63,737 nucleotides of DNA from Leucoraja erinacea (lineage: Eukaryota), in the NCBI RefSeq assembly GCF_028641065.1, contig NC_073390.1:27900264-27964000 (forward strand), in the 5' to 3' direction. The notes under the pieces were generated by a model. That model did no database searches and had not been told where the DNA came from. It saw only the letters and a program-made list of their open reading frames with translations. Shown here one piece after another: positions 1-13,529 of the stretch. The position numbers and the translations under genes were made by a program. Position 1 is the first letter of the stretch; each line of letters begins with the position of its first letter.

Positions 1-838
1 CTCCTCCCCCCCCCCCCCCCTCTCTCTCCCCCCTCTTCCCCTCTCTCCCCTCTCTCCCCCCCCTTTTTCCTCCCCCTCCCCTCCCCTCCATCCCCTCCCC
101 CACCGTCCCTCCCCTAAACCCCCCTGCCCTCGACACACCCCTACCCCCCTTCCCTCCACCCTCCCCCTCCCCCCTCCCCACCTCTCCCCCTCCCCTCACC
201 TCGCCCCCCTCTCAGCACACCCCCTCTCCCCCCCTCTCTCCCTCCCTTCGTCCAGCACACGTCTCTCTCTCTCCCCCTCTCTCCTTCCTGCGACCCCCTC
301 TTTCTCCTCTCTCTCTCTCTATCCTCCTTCTCTCCCCCACTCCCTCCATCCTTCACTCTCTCTCCCCCACCCCTTCCTTAGCCCTCTCTCCCTCCCTCTC
401 TCCCCCCTCTCAGCACCCCCTCTCTCTCCCCCCTCACTCTCACCCTCTCTCTCTCCTCCCCTGCTCCCCCACCTTTCCCCCCTCACCCACCCTCCCTCTT
501 CTCCTCCTCTCCACCCCCCCTCTCCCTCTTGCCCCTCTCTCTGTGTCTCTGTCTCTCTCTCTGTCTCTGCCCCTGCACTCTCTGCCCTCACTCTCTACCC
601 CCCCCCCCCCCCCCCCCCTCTAAATGTAACTGCAAGTTGGGGGCTATGCGTCAGTAGATAGGGTGGTTATGGGGTAAAAGGAGCAAATTAATAATATTAA
701 TATAATATCAAGGGGGGTAATTAGCGTGAGTGCAGGGGGGGGGGGGGGGATAGTTAGTGTGTGTGACGCTGCATGCCGCCTCCCCCCCCACAACCGCACG
801 TTGGGGGAACAGACCCAACGGGTCTGCACTTGGTCTAG
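1..838 (+). mobile_element. Non-autonomous Helitron-like element, 3' portion (with C/T-rich low-complexity interior at 1-620)
   Basis: Ends in hairpin CAGACCC-aac-GGGTCTG (810-826), then CTAG (835-838) followed by T, the canonical Helitron 3' end. The 5' end is outside the window. Confidence 0.55.
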
Positions 839-1162
839 TACAATATAAAATCTCTTTCAATACAGAATCACAGATTTTACATCCATGCCCATTAAATCAT
901 TCACCACTACTCAAAACTGCAAAAACAGAGATTAAGCACTGGCTAGATCAAGATGTCATGCCTATGGATTACATTATTAGGGTTGATTGAAAAGATATTT
1001 GAAATAACACATACAATAAAGCATTATAGTTCAAAACCTGGAGTAGTCTAATAATTATCAATGAAGTCAACCAAGTTATGCAGGACACCTAAATAAGTCT
1101 TTCCATTTTGATCCAATACATAATATTCTTCAGAGGAAAGATCAGGAGGAACTGTACTCTAC

Positions 1163-1305
1163 CTTTATCTTATTTTCCTCAGTTGCTATTGTTCCATCAG
1201 TCACCAGACCAGAGCTCATGACCTTCTCCACGAAACAACTAAGCTTCTCCTGATCATGGTCACTGTTGGACCCCGATGTTTCTATCAAAACGTAGAACGG
1301 TGCCT
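1163..1305 (-). CDS. D2HGDH: D-2-hydroxyglutarate dehydrogenase, coding exon 8 (143 bp)
   Basis: ttccag|AG...AAG|gtagag. Encodes [47 protein letters not shown]. Size and phase match the human exon. Confidence 0.93.
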
Positions 1306-2654
1306 CTGGAAGAGGGTGAATAGAACACAGTGAACATCAGTAACTTTGTCATATAATAAGAAGTAGGGATAAAGATAATATGTTCATATAAAATGAAATG
1401 AAGGGAGGGTGAATCAGGGGACGTGATTGGTAGAAACTCACTCTTGGGAGCTAACAAAAAGTGCACCAATAGAGCAACAACTATCCTTTTAAAACCCAGT
1501 TCTATTTAAGTCCATAGAACCAAATTTAACGAAGAAAGTGGCTGAAGGCAAAGATATGTGAACATTTTGTGTGGTTACATATTGTACAAAGCCATGGAGG
1601 TGTAAAGGTACCGAAAATGCATGAAACTATCTAATGCCAGACATGGTCTGAAAGAGTTATTCATAAACCTTCTGCATCACAGTTTTGTAAATACTGTTCC
1701 AATCAATCCAACCTGTAGCAAACCATTTCCTAATGTTTTATAGAACAAACAGCTGGGAGAGTAACAGTCTGCCCCTGGCTTATGAAGAGTGCTTAGGACT
1801 GCTCCCCACGGGAGAGTGGGATCTGCCTAGGGTCTACCATGGGTAGACCACTGGCCCATCTCCGGCATGCGTCTTTGACGTTTGCTCAAATACATACCAG
1901 GAAATCAGTAAGCAATTTGCAAAGGTCGGAATTTTAAGCCTAAAATGTTGCATCTCTTTCCTATACCTCAGGATATATTGCATTGCTGCTGCACATGTGC
2001 ACATTTAGGGACAATACCAAGGATGAGGGCCAACCCCAGGGAAGAAAGAACGTAGGGAAAAATAATAATTTGAGAAAGTAACAGAGATGCCAAAATGAAA
2101 AAGGTTCTCTCTATAAAGATAAATAAATAGTCATTTCTGATTAGTGAGAAAGTCAGACAAATAATCAGTACATAAACACCCATAAACACAAATTTAAAGC
2201 TAATTGTTATATTGCTGCCAGGTTACTGTAAAGCTTCAGGGCCAGAGTACAATGTATACGCTTGCTAAAAGACAAATATAAACATACCAAAGAATAAAAT
2301 GTACAGTACAGAAACAGCCCATTCAGTCCAATGCATCTGTGCCGGCATTTATGCTTCAGCATGGACTCCTCCACTTCTATTCACCTTAACTCTTCAGTAT
2401 AACCTTAGATTCTTCTTTTCCTTTGTGTCTTTTTAAAGCTTCTCATCAAACGTATCTATGTTGTCTCAACAACCTCTTATGGAAGTAAGTAATACACTCT
2501 ATAGGTAAATATATATAAGTGATTTATTTGTAACCATCTTATATTCATTGCTCTTATAAGTGGAACCATCAATCAAATCCTTTGGTGATTTTAAAGACAT
2601 TCAACAGGTCGCAATTCAAACTTTCCTTTTCTAAGAAACAAGCTTGTTCAATAT

Positions 2655-3850
2655 ATGGACACACAAGGGACTGCAGATGCTGGTTTATTAAAAAACCTCC
2701 TCACTCACATCCATTCTGGGACCCCAGCAATCCTTCCAGGTGAGATAGACGTTCACGTGCACCTCACTTAACCTCATCTACTGCAGTGACCTCCTTCACA
2801 AGCGTAGACTACGCGACCGTTTCACCAAACATTTGCACGCGGTCTGCAAGGTCTGCTGGATCTAACCATTTTAACTCCCCTTCCCATTCCCATAATGACC
2901 TTCCTCTCCTGGGCCTCATCCATCTCCAGAGTGAGGCTACACATAAACTGGGGAAACATCACCTCATATTCCGTTTAGGTAGCTTACAAGCTAATGGTAT
3001 GAACATTGAAGTCTTCAATTTTAGGTAACTATCCTAAAAACAATCCCACCTGTCCTCTCCCACCCCCTATTTCCCCTCTCATTCCAGTGCTGCACCTGGA
3101 TTTGCACCCTTTCTCCCCTCATGCACCTATAGTCCTTCGTTTGGCTCCGCAATTCGTACGTCTTCTATCTTTCTCGCACAGTTTTTGTCTTTTTTATCTC
3201 TTTGTCAAGAACCTTTACAAGGGATCCAGTTGCTGCATCAAGGTTGATTCAGGAAACACATCATTCGTCGTGACATTGTCACGGGGTAAGACAAGGTTAC
3301 CTTGAGGAAGATCCTGAAGACTAGCTACAGAGACCACATCACAAACGAGGAGATCTACCGTGAAACTGCAACAAAGCCTCTCAGCCAGGACATAGAGGTA
3401 CGCAGGATGAAATTTGCAGGACATGTACTCAGAATGTCACCAGAACGTGTACCTAAGATAGCAATGTCATGGCAACCTGAAGGAAGAAGGAAAAGAGGCC
3501 GACCAAAACTCACATGGAGGCGAACATTCCAGAAGAATTTGGAAGCCTGGGACGCAAGCCTAGCGAGGGTGGAAGACATCGCACATAATCGAACAGAATG
3601 GCGAAAGCTTGCCGCCCAATGCACTCAACAGTGTGGGAAGAAGTCTAAGTCTTTGTGCAAGCATCTGCCAATCAACTACCCTCCCTCCTCCACCTGTATC
3701 TACCTATAATTTGCATGGCTTTGACTTGCCCCAACTTCTCTTCCAGCTTTCCCCCTCCCCAACCACAATCAGCCTGAAGTAGCCCGACCCAAAACATCCC
3801 CTATCCATGTTCTCCAGAGATGCTGCCTGAACCGCTGTGTTCCTCAACCA
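2655..3850 (+). mobile_element. Penelope-like element fragment (GIY-YIG region and tail), interrupted by an RTE insertion
   Basis: Degenerate translation HFNSPSHSHNDL...HLIFRLGSLQANGMNIE, typical of the fish PLE C-terminus. Tail ccatgttctccagagatgctgcctga. Boundaries approximate. Confidence 0.6.
3300..3650 (+). mobile_element. RTE-clade LINE 3' fragment
   Basis: ORF 3302-3709 reads LRKIL..RDHITNEEIY..KFAGHVLRM..PKIAMSWQPEGRRKRGRPKLTWRRT, an RTE ORF C-terminus. Ends in a short gtctaagtct tail. Confidence 0.75.
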
Positions 3851-5886
3851 CTTTCTTTCTTTTCTTGTTCAATATTTGACGTTGGACAGAACCTCTCGCT
3901 ATGCACACTATTATGGCATCATCGTTGTCAATTTTTATTGCATTTTCCCCAAATGCCTCAATCCTTTGTACGATTACGAGGAGAAAGCACCGTGCATGGT
4001 ATTTTAAGTGTGATCTGACTGAGGTTCTGTATAAGTTCTGTATAATAACTGCTCCACTTTTCAATTTTATCTCTTGAGGTATGAATGTCAACACCCATTT
4101 GATTTTACCGGTGGTCTACTTGAGCTGCTTTTAATGATTTGCGATTCTGTACCCGATGATCCTATAATCCTTTGCCCCATCACAACACATTATTTGAGTG
4201 TGTGACCCTTTATTCTTTTTGCCCAAAACCATCACTTTTCACTTGGCATTCATTTGACAGCCAGACATCATTAAATAGGTTTATTCATGATTTCTGGTCT
4301 CTGGCATTTTCCTCACAATTAACTGCAACACAATTTGGTGCCATCGCAAATTTTGCACTTGTATTTCTAATTCCAGAATGGATTTTGTTTTGAGATAATG
4401 AACCTTGCAGAACTCCACCTAATATTTACCAATCTGCTCTTTCTTTGTCTTGTGATTTATTACCACTCCCTTGAATCCACATTTTCTAACCTTAGTCACA
4501 CATCTGTGAGGATTTGATTGAAGGCTTTACAAGTATTCCACATCTGCTACATTAATCTTATTTATGCTTTCTGTTTTCAGAGAGGTTGGTCAAGTATGAA
4601 TACACACTAATTGTTTTTATTATATTAAAATTTTTGTGTAAGGATTGCATTATCTGAAAAAGGGTATCGACACAAAACATCGCCTATCCATGTTCTCCAG
4701 AGGTGCTGCCTGACATGCTGAGTTACTCTAGCGCTTTGTGTCCCTTTATTGCATTGACTTTGCTGGCATCAATATTAAGCTAAAATTGTATCTGAACTTG
4801 TTCCATCTTCCATTTTAAATATATGAAACGCATTAGCTGCCCTGCCCTTGGCATTATTCCATTTTCAATGATCTTTTTAAAATGTTTTTTTTGGTAATAG
4901 TATTTCTGTTATCACTTCCATATCTAAAATCCATTAACACCGTGCACTTCATCCTTTCTACGTTGATCAGTTTATCAATTGTCCCCATCCTTTCTATACA
5001 ATTTGAGTTCCTTTTTCTAACTTTGTCCCCACTTTTAGTCCTTCTGGAAAATACTGAGGTAAAATAATGATTCACAGTATTGCTGCCATTTCACTGCACA
5101 TTTCCTTTTGCTATAGGCCATTTCAGACCAACAAGTCTATGCTGGCTCACAGAACAATTTCAGTCTACAAATAATATGTTCTGTAACCTATTCTCCCCAC
5201 ATTCCCAGATTCTTCCACTCATTTACACACTCGGTGCAATTTACAGAGGCCAATTAACCTACCAACCTGCATGTCTTTGGGATGTGGGAGAGAATTGGCA
5301 ATCCACAAGGCCATAGGAAATGTGCAAACTTCAAACAGACAGAGTCAGACATCAGGATTGAACCCAAATCTCTGGAGCTGCAAGACTCCAACTCCACTGG
5401 TTGCATCACTGTGCTGTCCACTTAGAGGCCCTGTCCACATTTTTCTTCACTTATTTACGATTCCATGCGTCATTATTATATTCCTTGATAATTGCATTGC
5501 AGTTTCACCTTGCTTTAATTGGTTTGGTTTAGCTTCTAGGAATTCACTTCTTTCTTTCAGTGCTATCTATGTATGTAGTGCATGTCTTCTTCTTTATGTC
5601 GAATTTGCTCCAAATGTTTGCTCCAAGATTTGTCCAAAGGAAACAAATATCCACATTGGGTTGAGGTCACTATTGTCATGGTGCCATTTAAATGGAAGGA
5701 AGTATGAAGTATAATCAGCTGTGATCTAATCAAATGGAAAAGCACATTTAGGGTATCTCCTTTTCTGATGAAAGCCAACTACCATAATAATAGTTATGGC
5801 TGTAGGAATAGTTGATTTCATGAACCCAGGTATCCTACTCGGAAACCTGTAATTAATCTTCTATAATCTTTCTTTTCCCATCTTAC

Positions 5887-6030
5887 CTCGTAACGGGTTT
5901 GTTAGTTTCAGATGTTCAGAGACAACCTCTCTGCACCCATAGTCCATGAACTCAAACGCAGAGAGAATTTCACCCAACATGCCTTTGGATTCCTTGAATA
6001 TGTCCAAGAGTTTGTCAAAACCATCACAAC
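5887..6030 (-). CDS. D2HGDH: D2HGDH coding exon 7 (144 bp)
   Basis: ttcaag|GT...CGA G|gtaag. Encodes CDGFDKLLDIFKESKGMLGEILSAFEFMDYGCREVVSEHLKLTNPLR. Confidence 0.94.
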
Positions 6031-6934
6031 CTTGAAACATAGATCAGATTGATATAGTTTATATAGTGTAGATAAATTAATGAATGATATTCTTAATATA
6101 GAGGAAATACAGCAGAGAATATATATTCCATGAAAGTGTAGTATATATTTTACAATCATAGTATGCTTATTATGCACATATCACATGCTTATTGTACAGG
6201 TCTTCAGTACTTTATACTAAATACTTAAAAAAATATTGGAGACAGACTTCATTCGACAATCACTGCAGTTCAGGTGGTGGTGATTCTCCCACTGTGCTGT
6301 TAGAAATGAAGTTCCAGGGACATGAGCCAAAAACATTGAAGAATGTGCAAGATATTGCAGAGCCAGGAAATTATGTCACTTACATGGCGTTTTAAGGCAG
6401 TTGCTTTTCCATGTGACCACTGTACTGGTCTTCGTAGATAGGGGCACAGGTTTGAATGGTGATGCCACAAAAAGCCTCTACGCATCTTGTATGTTGTAGC
6501 CGTAGCGTACTAATGATGGATGAAGTGAATACCTAAGGTGTGGATGGAGTGCCAATCAAGCTGACTGCTTTGTTCTGAGTAATACTGAGCTTGAAATTAT
6601 ACTGGACTTCACCCATCAACGATGATACAGATAGTTCCATCATTTCAGTGCAAGGCCATAAAGACAAAGATCAGAATGTGATTTCATAATGAACATTTCT
6701 TCCTGTCAATATTTGTTTGTTTTTTTCTCTTTCTTCCTAATACGGTCCAGCCTATTGGGCATGTCCCACAGCCTTACTACTAGAAACACGCAACACAAGC
6801 AGTGAAGTACAACAGGCTTCCAACTGCCTCACTGTCATTTCATCCTAGAGATATTCCTGTCTGTAAAGGATTACAGTATAATCACCAACATTGCATTTAG
6901 TTTTTTGTATAATTCTGTGGATATATTTTACAGG

Positions 6935-7305
6935 GCTGGAATACATGGATAGAGTAGACAGTCAGAACCTTTTTGCCAGGGTTGAAATGTCAAAGACGAG
7001 AGGGCATAGCTTTAAGGTCAGAAGGGGAAAATTGAAAGGAGATGGGTGAACAAGTTTGTTACACAGAGAGTAACAAATAAATTGTATTGTGTTGGTGGGT
7101 GCCTGGAATGCACTGCCAGGGTTGGTGGTGAAAACAGATAAGATAGTGGCGTTTAAGAGGCTTTTAAATAGGCACACCAATATGCTGGAAATGGAGGGAT
7201 ATGGATCATGTACAGGTAGAGGAGATTAGTTTAATAGCATCATATTCGGCACAGACATTATGGGCTGGAGAACCTGTTCTTGCGCTGTACTGTTTTATGT
7301 TCTAT
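6935..7305 (+). mobile_element. CR1-type LINE 3' fragment
   Basis: CR1 3' motifs (agagggcatagctttaaggt..., tggaatgcactgccagggttggtgg..., tgtactgttttatgttctat tail). Boundaries approximate. Confidence 0.7.
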
Positions 7306-7447
7306 ACACTCGCAAGCCAGGTCCATACACGGAAAACATTGTAACTCTTGGAAATTATCATGCTGTTGGAGACCATCTCAGCATAGCCACCAATCATAAT
7401 AAATTCCCAAACATTCTTGGTAAATATTATTATGTTCTTGCCTTTAC

Positions 7448-7616
7448 CTAAAAACACTACATTGACAGAGGCTGGCTTCCTTGGACACAGAATGGACACA
7501 GCTGTGATTATCCCAAGTGTGCCTTCAGATCCAATAAAAAGCTGTTTGAGATCATAGCCTGTGTTGTCTTTGCGAAGTGATGTTAGACAGTTCAAGACAG
7601 TTCCATCTGCGAGTAC
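7448..7616 (-). CDS. D2HGDH: D2HGDH coding exon 6 (169 bp)
   Basis: catag|GTA CTC...TTA G|gtaaag. Encodes [48 protein letters not shown] (FAD-linked oxidase motif). Confidence 0.96.
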
Positions 7617-8150
7617 CTATGAGCAGAAACAAAGTGTGAAGGAATGGTGTATAACAGTTCACAAACTACAAGACCAATAGATTTCTCACAGGAAATGCTA
7701 AAGAACTGTAATATTCTTGATGAGTAACGATGAAAAGTAATAGATTGTCATACTGCTACTAATGTTGTTACATCCTTCCTTAAATAAGAGTACCAAAAGT
7801 GTACATCGTTATGTGTACTTACTAAGCTACAGGGCTTACCGATGCCCAATAGAACTCAATTATAAGGTCATTATAAACTCACTCAAATTTTCCAGAAATA
7901 AACAATAACATTGTGTTAGCTTTCCTGAGCACGTACATAACAGCCATCTGACAATCATGCAGTTAGATGCCTAGATTCCTCTATACAATGAAGCTCTGCA
8001 ATCTCTCACTATCTAGATAATGTACCTCAAAGGGGAAAGTAGCGCGGGGAAGGGATCTGAAAATTAATCATTCATTTTTATGGAACTATATAATCTTTCT
8101 TAAAGAGGCCAGTTTGTTTCTCATAGACATCAATTAGCCTGGTTTCTTAC

Positions 8151-8344
8151 CACTTCCAGTCCAAGCACTGTTCCTCGCAGAGATCCATACCTCAACAGTC
8201 TTAATCCACCAGCATTGGTAGCCACATTCCCACCAATGTGACAGCTACCTTTAGATCCCAAGTCAAGGGGCATAATAAAATCTTGTTCAGCAAGGTAATT
8301 GTTCAAATTTTCCAAAATGCAGCCTGCTTGGCATATAAGTGCTC
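8151..8344 (-). CDS. D2HGDH: D2HGDH coding exon 5 (194 bp)
   Basis: tttcag|GA GCA...GAA GTG|gtaag. Encodes [12 protein letters not shown]...[41 protein letters not shown]. Confidence 0.96.
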
Positions 8345-8728
8345 CTGAAAAAAACAGATTTACACGAACAGTAAAATGTACCCTAATTATGATTGTTCTC
8401 CCATCACCGATGAGCTGGATATGCAGTGTGAACTGTCTATAATGCACGGCAGCAACTTGCCACATTATCTTTGATATTTTCCCAACCCCAAACACTATCT
8501 GAGGAGAACAAAGGGAGCAGGCATGCCCGAATACCATCGCTTGCAATTTTCCCTCCAAATCATGCAACTCTCTAAGTTGGATAACTTTACAATCATTGCA
8601 TCTATACTAGAACTCCCTGCATTCCAGAATAACAATCAATTGATCGTGGTCTACATCTTGGGAGATTGATTGTTGTTGAGATGTCAATACTTTTATTTAG
8701 AATGGTGAGTAAAGAAAGTTGCTCTCAC

Positions 8729-8868
8729 CTGTGTTCTTGTTGAAACTGATGATGTTATTCATTTGAGCTGTTGAGACAATGATCTCATCAAACACTGGCA
8801 CACTGCCCCCCACTAATCCCGTGTTGCCACCTTGAGGGTTCACAGCTAGGTTCCGATTATAACAATAC
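8729..8868 (-). CDS. D2HGDH: D2HGDH coding exon 4 (140 bp)
   Basis: ttcag|G TAT...ACA G|gtgag. Encodes [46 protein letters not shown]. Confidence 0.95.
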
Positions 8869-10149
8869 CTGAAGAAAGAAAACAGCCTATTATCAGTGCC
8901 ACCATAATTCTAACAAATGCTGAATACATTGGGAACATCGTGCCAAACTAACCACACATTAAAACCAATACACATCAGAATTATACTAAAGTAATCATAA
9001 ATAGAGTCATAACACAAATTGAAATAGAGTCGTAAACACAAATTGCAATTGGGATCAAATTCCTTTTCATACTTTAATAATGGGTTTGTGGGGAGAATGA
9101 CATGAGATTAAGTGCAGGATTAATGCAAATGGGTGCTTGATAATCCGTGTGGAGTAAGAGAGTCGGTGGGCCCGCTTCTGAGCTGCAAAGTTTGATCAAT
9201 GGCGTAATGGTGGAATGAAAAATAACAGAAGAGTGAAAACATAATCGGAAATGGAAAACAAATCAAAAGGTACATGTGACTACCTGTTTAGATGTTATTA
9301 CTGTGGTTGCTAACAAAGTCTGGTGGATTTCCAGGCACTCCTATGTTGCATTTCACATTACACATGAAAATTTATTTTGGTGCAATTGGGAACCACCATG
9401 AAAGAAGCAAATTAATCTATCCGTAAGTCATTTCACAAAAGACCCCTTACAGTGAGAATTCTGCTACACACACATAAACAGTTTTACAGTAATCGTCATA
9501 CAACAAGCCTTTTGGCCCACCATATCCATGTTAACTTTCAAGCACCCATCATATGTATAAATTCATTTGCCGGATAAATGACTCTAAAAATGAAATTATT
9601 GTGGCCTTGTCAAACATAAGGGTTAGCACTACACGCTACGAATCCCAGCTGTGGAGACACTGGTATCGTTGTCTCGTTGTAGGACATTGGTCATTCTTTT
9701 AATCTGGATTTTTAATTCATGTATTGTGTTTTTTTTTATATATATAATTTATGATGCTTTTATAAGTGATATACTAAGATTTTATATGTACTTTATGATA
9801 TTTTTTAATATGCAATGTATTTTAATGTAATGTTGCCCCTTGTCTGGACCTCGAGTCCGTAATAAAATGTATTATTATTATTATTATTATTATTTACTAA
9901 TCCCATTGGCCAGCACTTGGTCTATAGCCTTCTATCGCTTGACAATAAGCCAGTTCGGTATTCCGAAAAACGCAAGGAATCATGGGATTTCTTAAAGGTT
10001 AAACGCTATAAATAAAAATCGAACGAAGCGCTGTAGATACAGTGAGTATAGTTGTGTCCGATTTTTTGCCTTTTTCAAGTTTGTATTTGTCAGGGGGCAG
10101 ATACAAGTTGGAGACCGGGAGGGGGGGGAGAGACTGGAACGGCTTTCAG

Positions 10150-10790
10150 CAGCTGCACGGACACTGATCCACAGCCAGGATCGAACCCATCTACACACTT
10201 CCGCAGGCGCTGCCGAACCGCCACTGGACCGTCCCCAGTCGTCGTCTCCCCACCCCACCCCCCCCCCCCCCCCCCCACTCCACTCGAGTGTCCCATCCCC
10301 GTCGGACACCTGCCCCCAGGCCCAGCGCGGGGAAGCACCAACCCCAGCTCACCTCCGCCTCTCACGCCGGGCCAACCGTCAGCCCGGACCAACAACACCA
10401 GTGGCCCCAGGCCCACATGGTGGCTCCAGAAGAACCCGCTCCCCGATGGGCCGCTACAGCGACATGTGCCAGTTCGCCCACGGCCTGGCTGAGCTGCGCC
10501 TCCTCAGCCGCCACCCCTAGTACAAGACGGACCTGATACGCACCTTGCACACCACCAGCTTCTGCCCCTTCTCTGATCTTGCGGCTGGGCAAGGGAGGGG
10601 GAAGAGGTTACTGCTGCTGCCAGCACCACCAGCAGCTCCAGCGGGCGCCCGGCCTGCCCATGCCGGCAGGGGCCCGTCCGCAGACTCTCTCTCCGACCAG
10701 GACGACTCCAGCAGCAGCGGCTCCGAGTCCCCCGTCTTCAAGCAGGGCCGGCAGCTTCCCATTTTCAGCAGGATCTCAGTGTCAGTCTGA
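10150..10790 (+). pseudogene. Decayed ZFP36/TIS11-family (tristetraprolin/ZFP36L1-like) CCCH zinc-finger gene copy
   Basis: Frame from 10452 reads [39 protein letters not shown] (family consensus KYGDKCQFAHG..ELR.L.RHPKYKTELCRTFHT.GFCPY), with TAG at 10518-10520. It ends SLSDQD..SSGSESPVF..RQLPIFSRISVS*, the conserved CNOT1-binding C-terminus. 5' limit approximate. Confidence 0.8.
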
Positions 10791-13025
10791 GGGGAGGGGG
10801 GAGGAGGTTGAGGGCTGGCGGCCAACCTGGCGGTCTGAGGGGAGGGGAGGGAATATCGAACTCGCTTATTCAAGTGCTCATCTAGATAGTACTTCCACTC
10901 GTATTTCAATCACCGTCTGGGTGAAAACAATTCTTTCTCAAATCCTCAAATTAAATCTATGGCCTCTAGGTTTAAACACCACCGATATCTATACCAACTA
11001 TGCCCCTCAGAAGTTTGTATAGTCTGTCAGATCCCCCTCACCCTCCTCCAGTTCAAGGAAAGCAACACAGTCCATCCAGACTCTCCTCAAAACTGAAACA
11101 TTCCATCTGATGCAACATTCTGTTGAATTTCCTCTGCCTTAGGTTTTTTTTAAATAATTTGTGTCAGATCACAAACATGGTAAATAGGAAAAAGCTATTG
11201 TGCTTGACAAAAGCGCTTAGGTAAATGGTGATCCAGTTGTAAGTAATCTTTTCATACTTAATAACCATGAGAGCAAAAACTGGGAGGGATGGTGTAATGG
11301 TCAACATGGAAATTATGTAATGCGCAATTTCCTCTCTCCAGTTGCATCGCTTGGGAATAGTTCTCAAGATGCTCAAACCATTAACAGGCAAGCTACACGG
11401 TCTATGATTTCAAATGTACATTCCCAGATTTTTTATAGCAAAGCGTGAGTGGGACTCCTGGCTCTTAGTGATAAAGACTGCTCTTAATTCTGCTCCTTTT
11501 AAGGAGGTAGTGAATGTTGACATTCAGAGTGGTGCTGTATTCAAGCAAGCATAGAAATTGCAGCCAGTGACTGCAACCTTTTAGGAAGTGGGTTTAGCAT
11601 GAAAGTGTTTCTGCCACAGGATGTCTTTTACCAAGGATGTTAACTATTTGGTTGAATACTGGAGGTGGTTCCCTAAACACCTGCTGGATTGCAAAGCTTC
11701 TCGAGCCACAGAACTACTCGATCAGTTCCAAATTAAAAGCATGCTTTTTATTTTGCAAGCTTAAGCTCCAACTCTCTCACTGAACCAGTTGCAGCCCAGG
11801 AAAGTGAAGCAAACCAAAGTTTGCCAGTTTATATTCAAACTAAACTTCAATCTGGAGAAGGCTTGAATGTGCACTTGAAACCTATGATCCAAAACATTTA
11901 ATATACTTAAGTAGCCTAGATCACCTTTGAGTTGATTTTCCATTCAATGTTTGCAAAGAACCTGGGAACAATGGGGCTCCTAGACAATGCGTTGCAATTG
12001 CTCAGAACAATTTTCATGGAATGATTTGTTTTGGGTTAAAGCACAATGATTGATCCTCTACTTAAGGAGCAAACTTCTCAAACCTTGAGGATTACAGTTT
12101 AATCTTTAACTGTTTTGCACAGGTTGAAGATCAAATGCTAATGATTAAACTGCTATCCCTATCTGCTAAAACATACAAAGGTAATAGCACCAGAGTTCTG
12201 TAATGGGCAATGCGCTCAAGAGCTAGAATTAACCAAACATTTTTAATGTTGGTGCCGGTGCCCTTCCCAGTGAAAAGGTGAAATATGTATTCACCCAGAT
12301 TCTGGTCATTAATGACCAGAAACAAACAGTATTAGAGTCAAATGTTGTTATATCAACCACCATCTCTTTCAGCTCCATATATCCACCAACTTCTGAGTGA
12401 AAACATTGCCCTTCAGAAAACATTGTTAACTCTTGCCCCTATTACCTTAAAGCTCTGTCCTCTGGTTCTTGATACCCCTTTCCTGGGTAAAAGCATCTCT
12501 GCTTCCACCCTGTCTATTCCCCCCATGATCTTATACACCTCTATAGAATCACCCTTCCCTGTAGCTCAGTCCCTCGGGTCATGGCAACATCCTTGGAAAT
12601 CTTCTCTGCACCCTTTCCAGCTCTAATCGCATGAGTAAAGAAGGTTAAGAGGAGACGTGCAATGTATATCATTAGGAGCAGATTTAAAAAAATATAGGGT
12701 ATGTTTAAAGAATGCTTTTTTTCATAATCTTAAATATGAGCATCCATACTTTAAACAATGTTTTACTTATATCTATGTATATTTTAAATTAATTATCATC
12801 TATATATTTTAATATATTTTAAAATTTTATTATTTTGGTACTTAATTTAATACTAATTCGAATGGGTACATGTTGTTCTTTAAATTTAGTTGTGTTTACA
12901 GAAACTGAAAGTTGAGAAAACCTTTGATAACTAAAAATTAACAAGATACGAAAAACACTTTCAAACTAAACAAAAATTTAAACACACCAAATATTACATG
13001 AAAACGAGACTTAACGATGTAGTAC

Positions 13026-13083
13026 CTGAGGATCTGGGAGATCTCTTCTGTTGTCTGAGGCCGCAGTAATGTCTGGCTACGGC
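13026..13083 (-). CDS. D2HGDH: D2HGDH coding exon 3 (58 bp)
   Basis: ctgcag|GC CGT...CTC AG|gtact. Encodes GRSQTLLRPQTTEEISQILR. Confidence 0.93.
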
Positions 13084-13220
13084 CTGCAGTAAAAAAAACC
13101 AATAAACAATCATAATTACAGGTAATAAGTAGAATAAACCAAATCACAATATTCAAAATTTGTAATCAGCATTTTTTGTAATCTCCATATTATAAATTAT
13201 TACCATTTAATATTAACAAG

Positions 13221-13525
13221 GTGGAACAGCGGTGTAGCTGGTAGAGCTGCTGTCTCACAATGCCAGAGACCTGGGTTTGATCCTGACCTCGAGTGTGAAC
13301 TGTGTGGATTTTACATATTCTCCCTGTGACCGGGTAGGTTTCTTCAGGGTGTTCCAGCTTCCTCCCACATCCCATATGCGCATTTGGAGGTTACTTGCCC
13401 TCTTTAAATTGCCCCTAATATGTAGGAAGTGGATGTGAAAGTGGGATAACATATAACAAATGAGAACAGGTGAGAGTGGACTCAGTGGGCCAAAGGGTCA
13501 GTTTTCATGTTGTATCTCTAAACCC
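13221..13525 (+). mobile_element. tRNA-derived V-SINE (HE1/HER1-like)
   Basis: tRNA-like head with A/B boxes (gtagctggtagagc; gggtttgatcc) and V-domain core (ttctccctgtgacc...cttcctcccacatccc). Confidence 0.7.
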
Positions 13526-13529
13526 AACT

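Noticed and set aside
141-829. Gly/Glu/Arg-rich ORFs
   Set aside because: Translations of C/T low-complexity sequence.
13221-13295. tRNA gene
   Set aside because: The tRNA-like head continues directly into a V-SINE body and does not form a complete cloverleaf.
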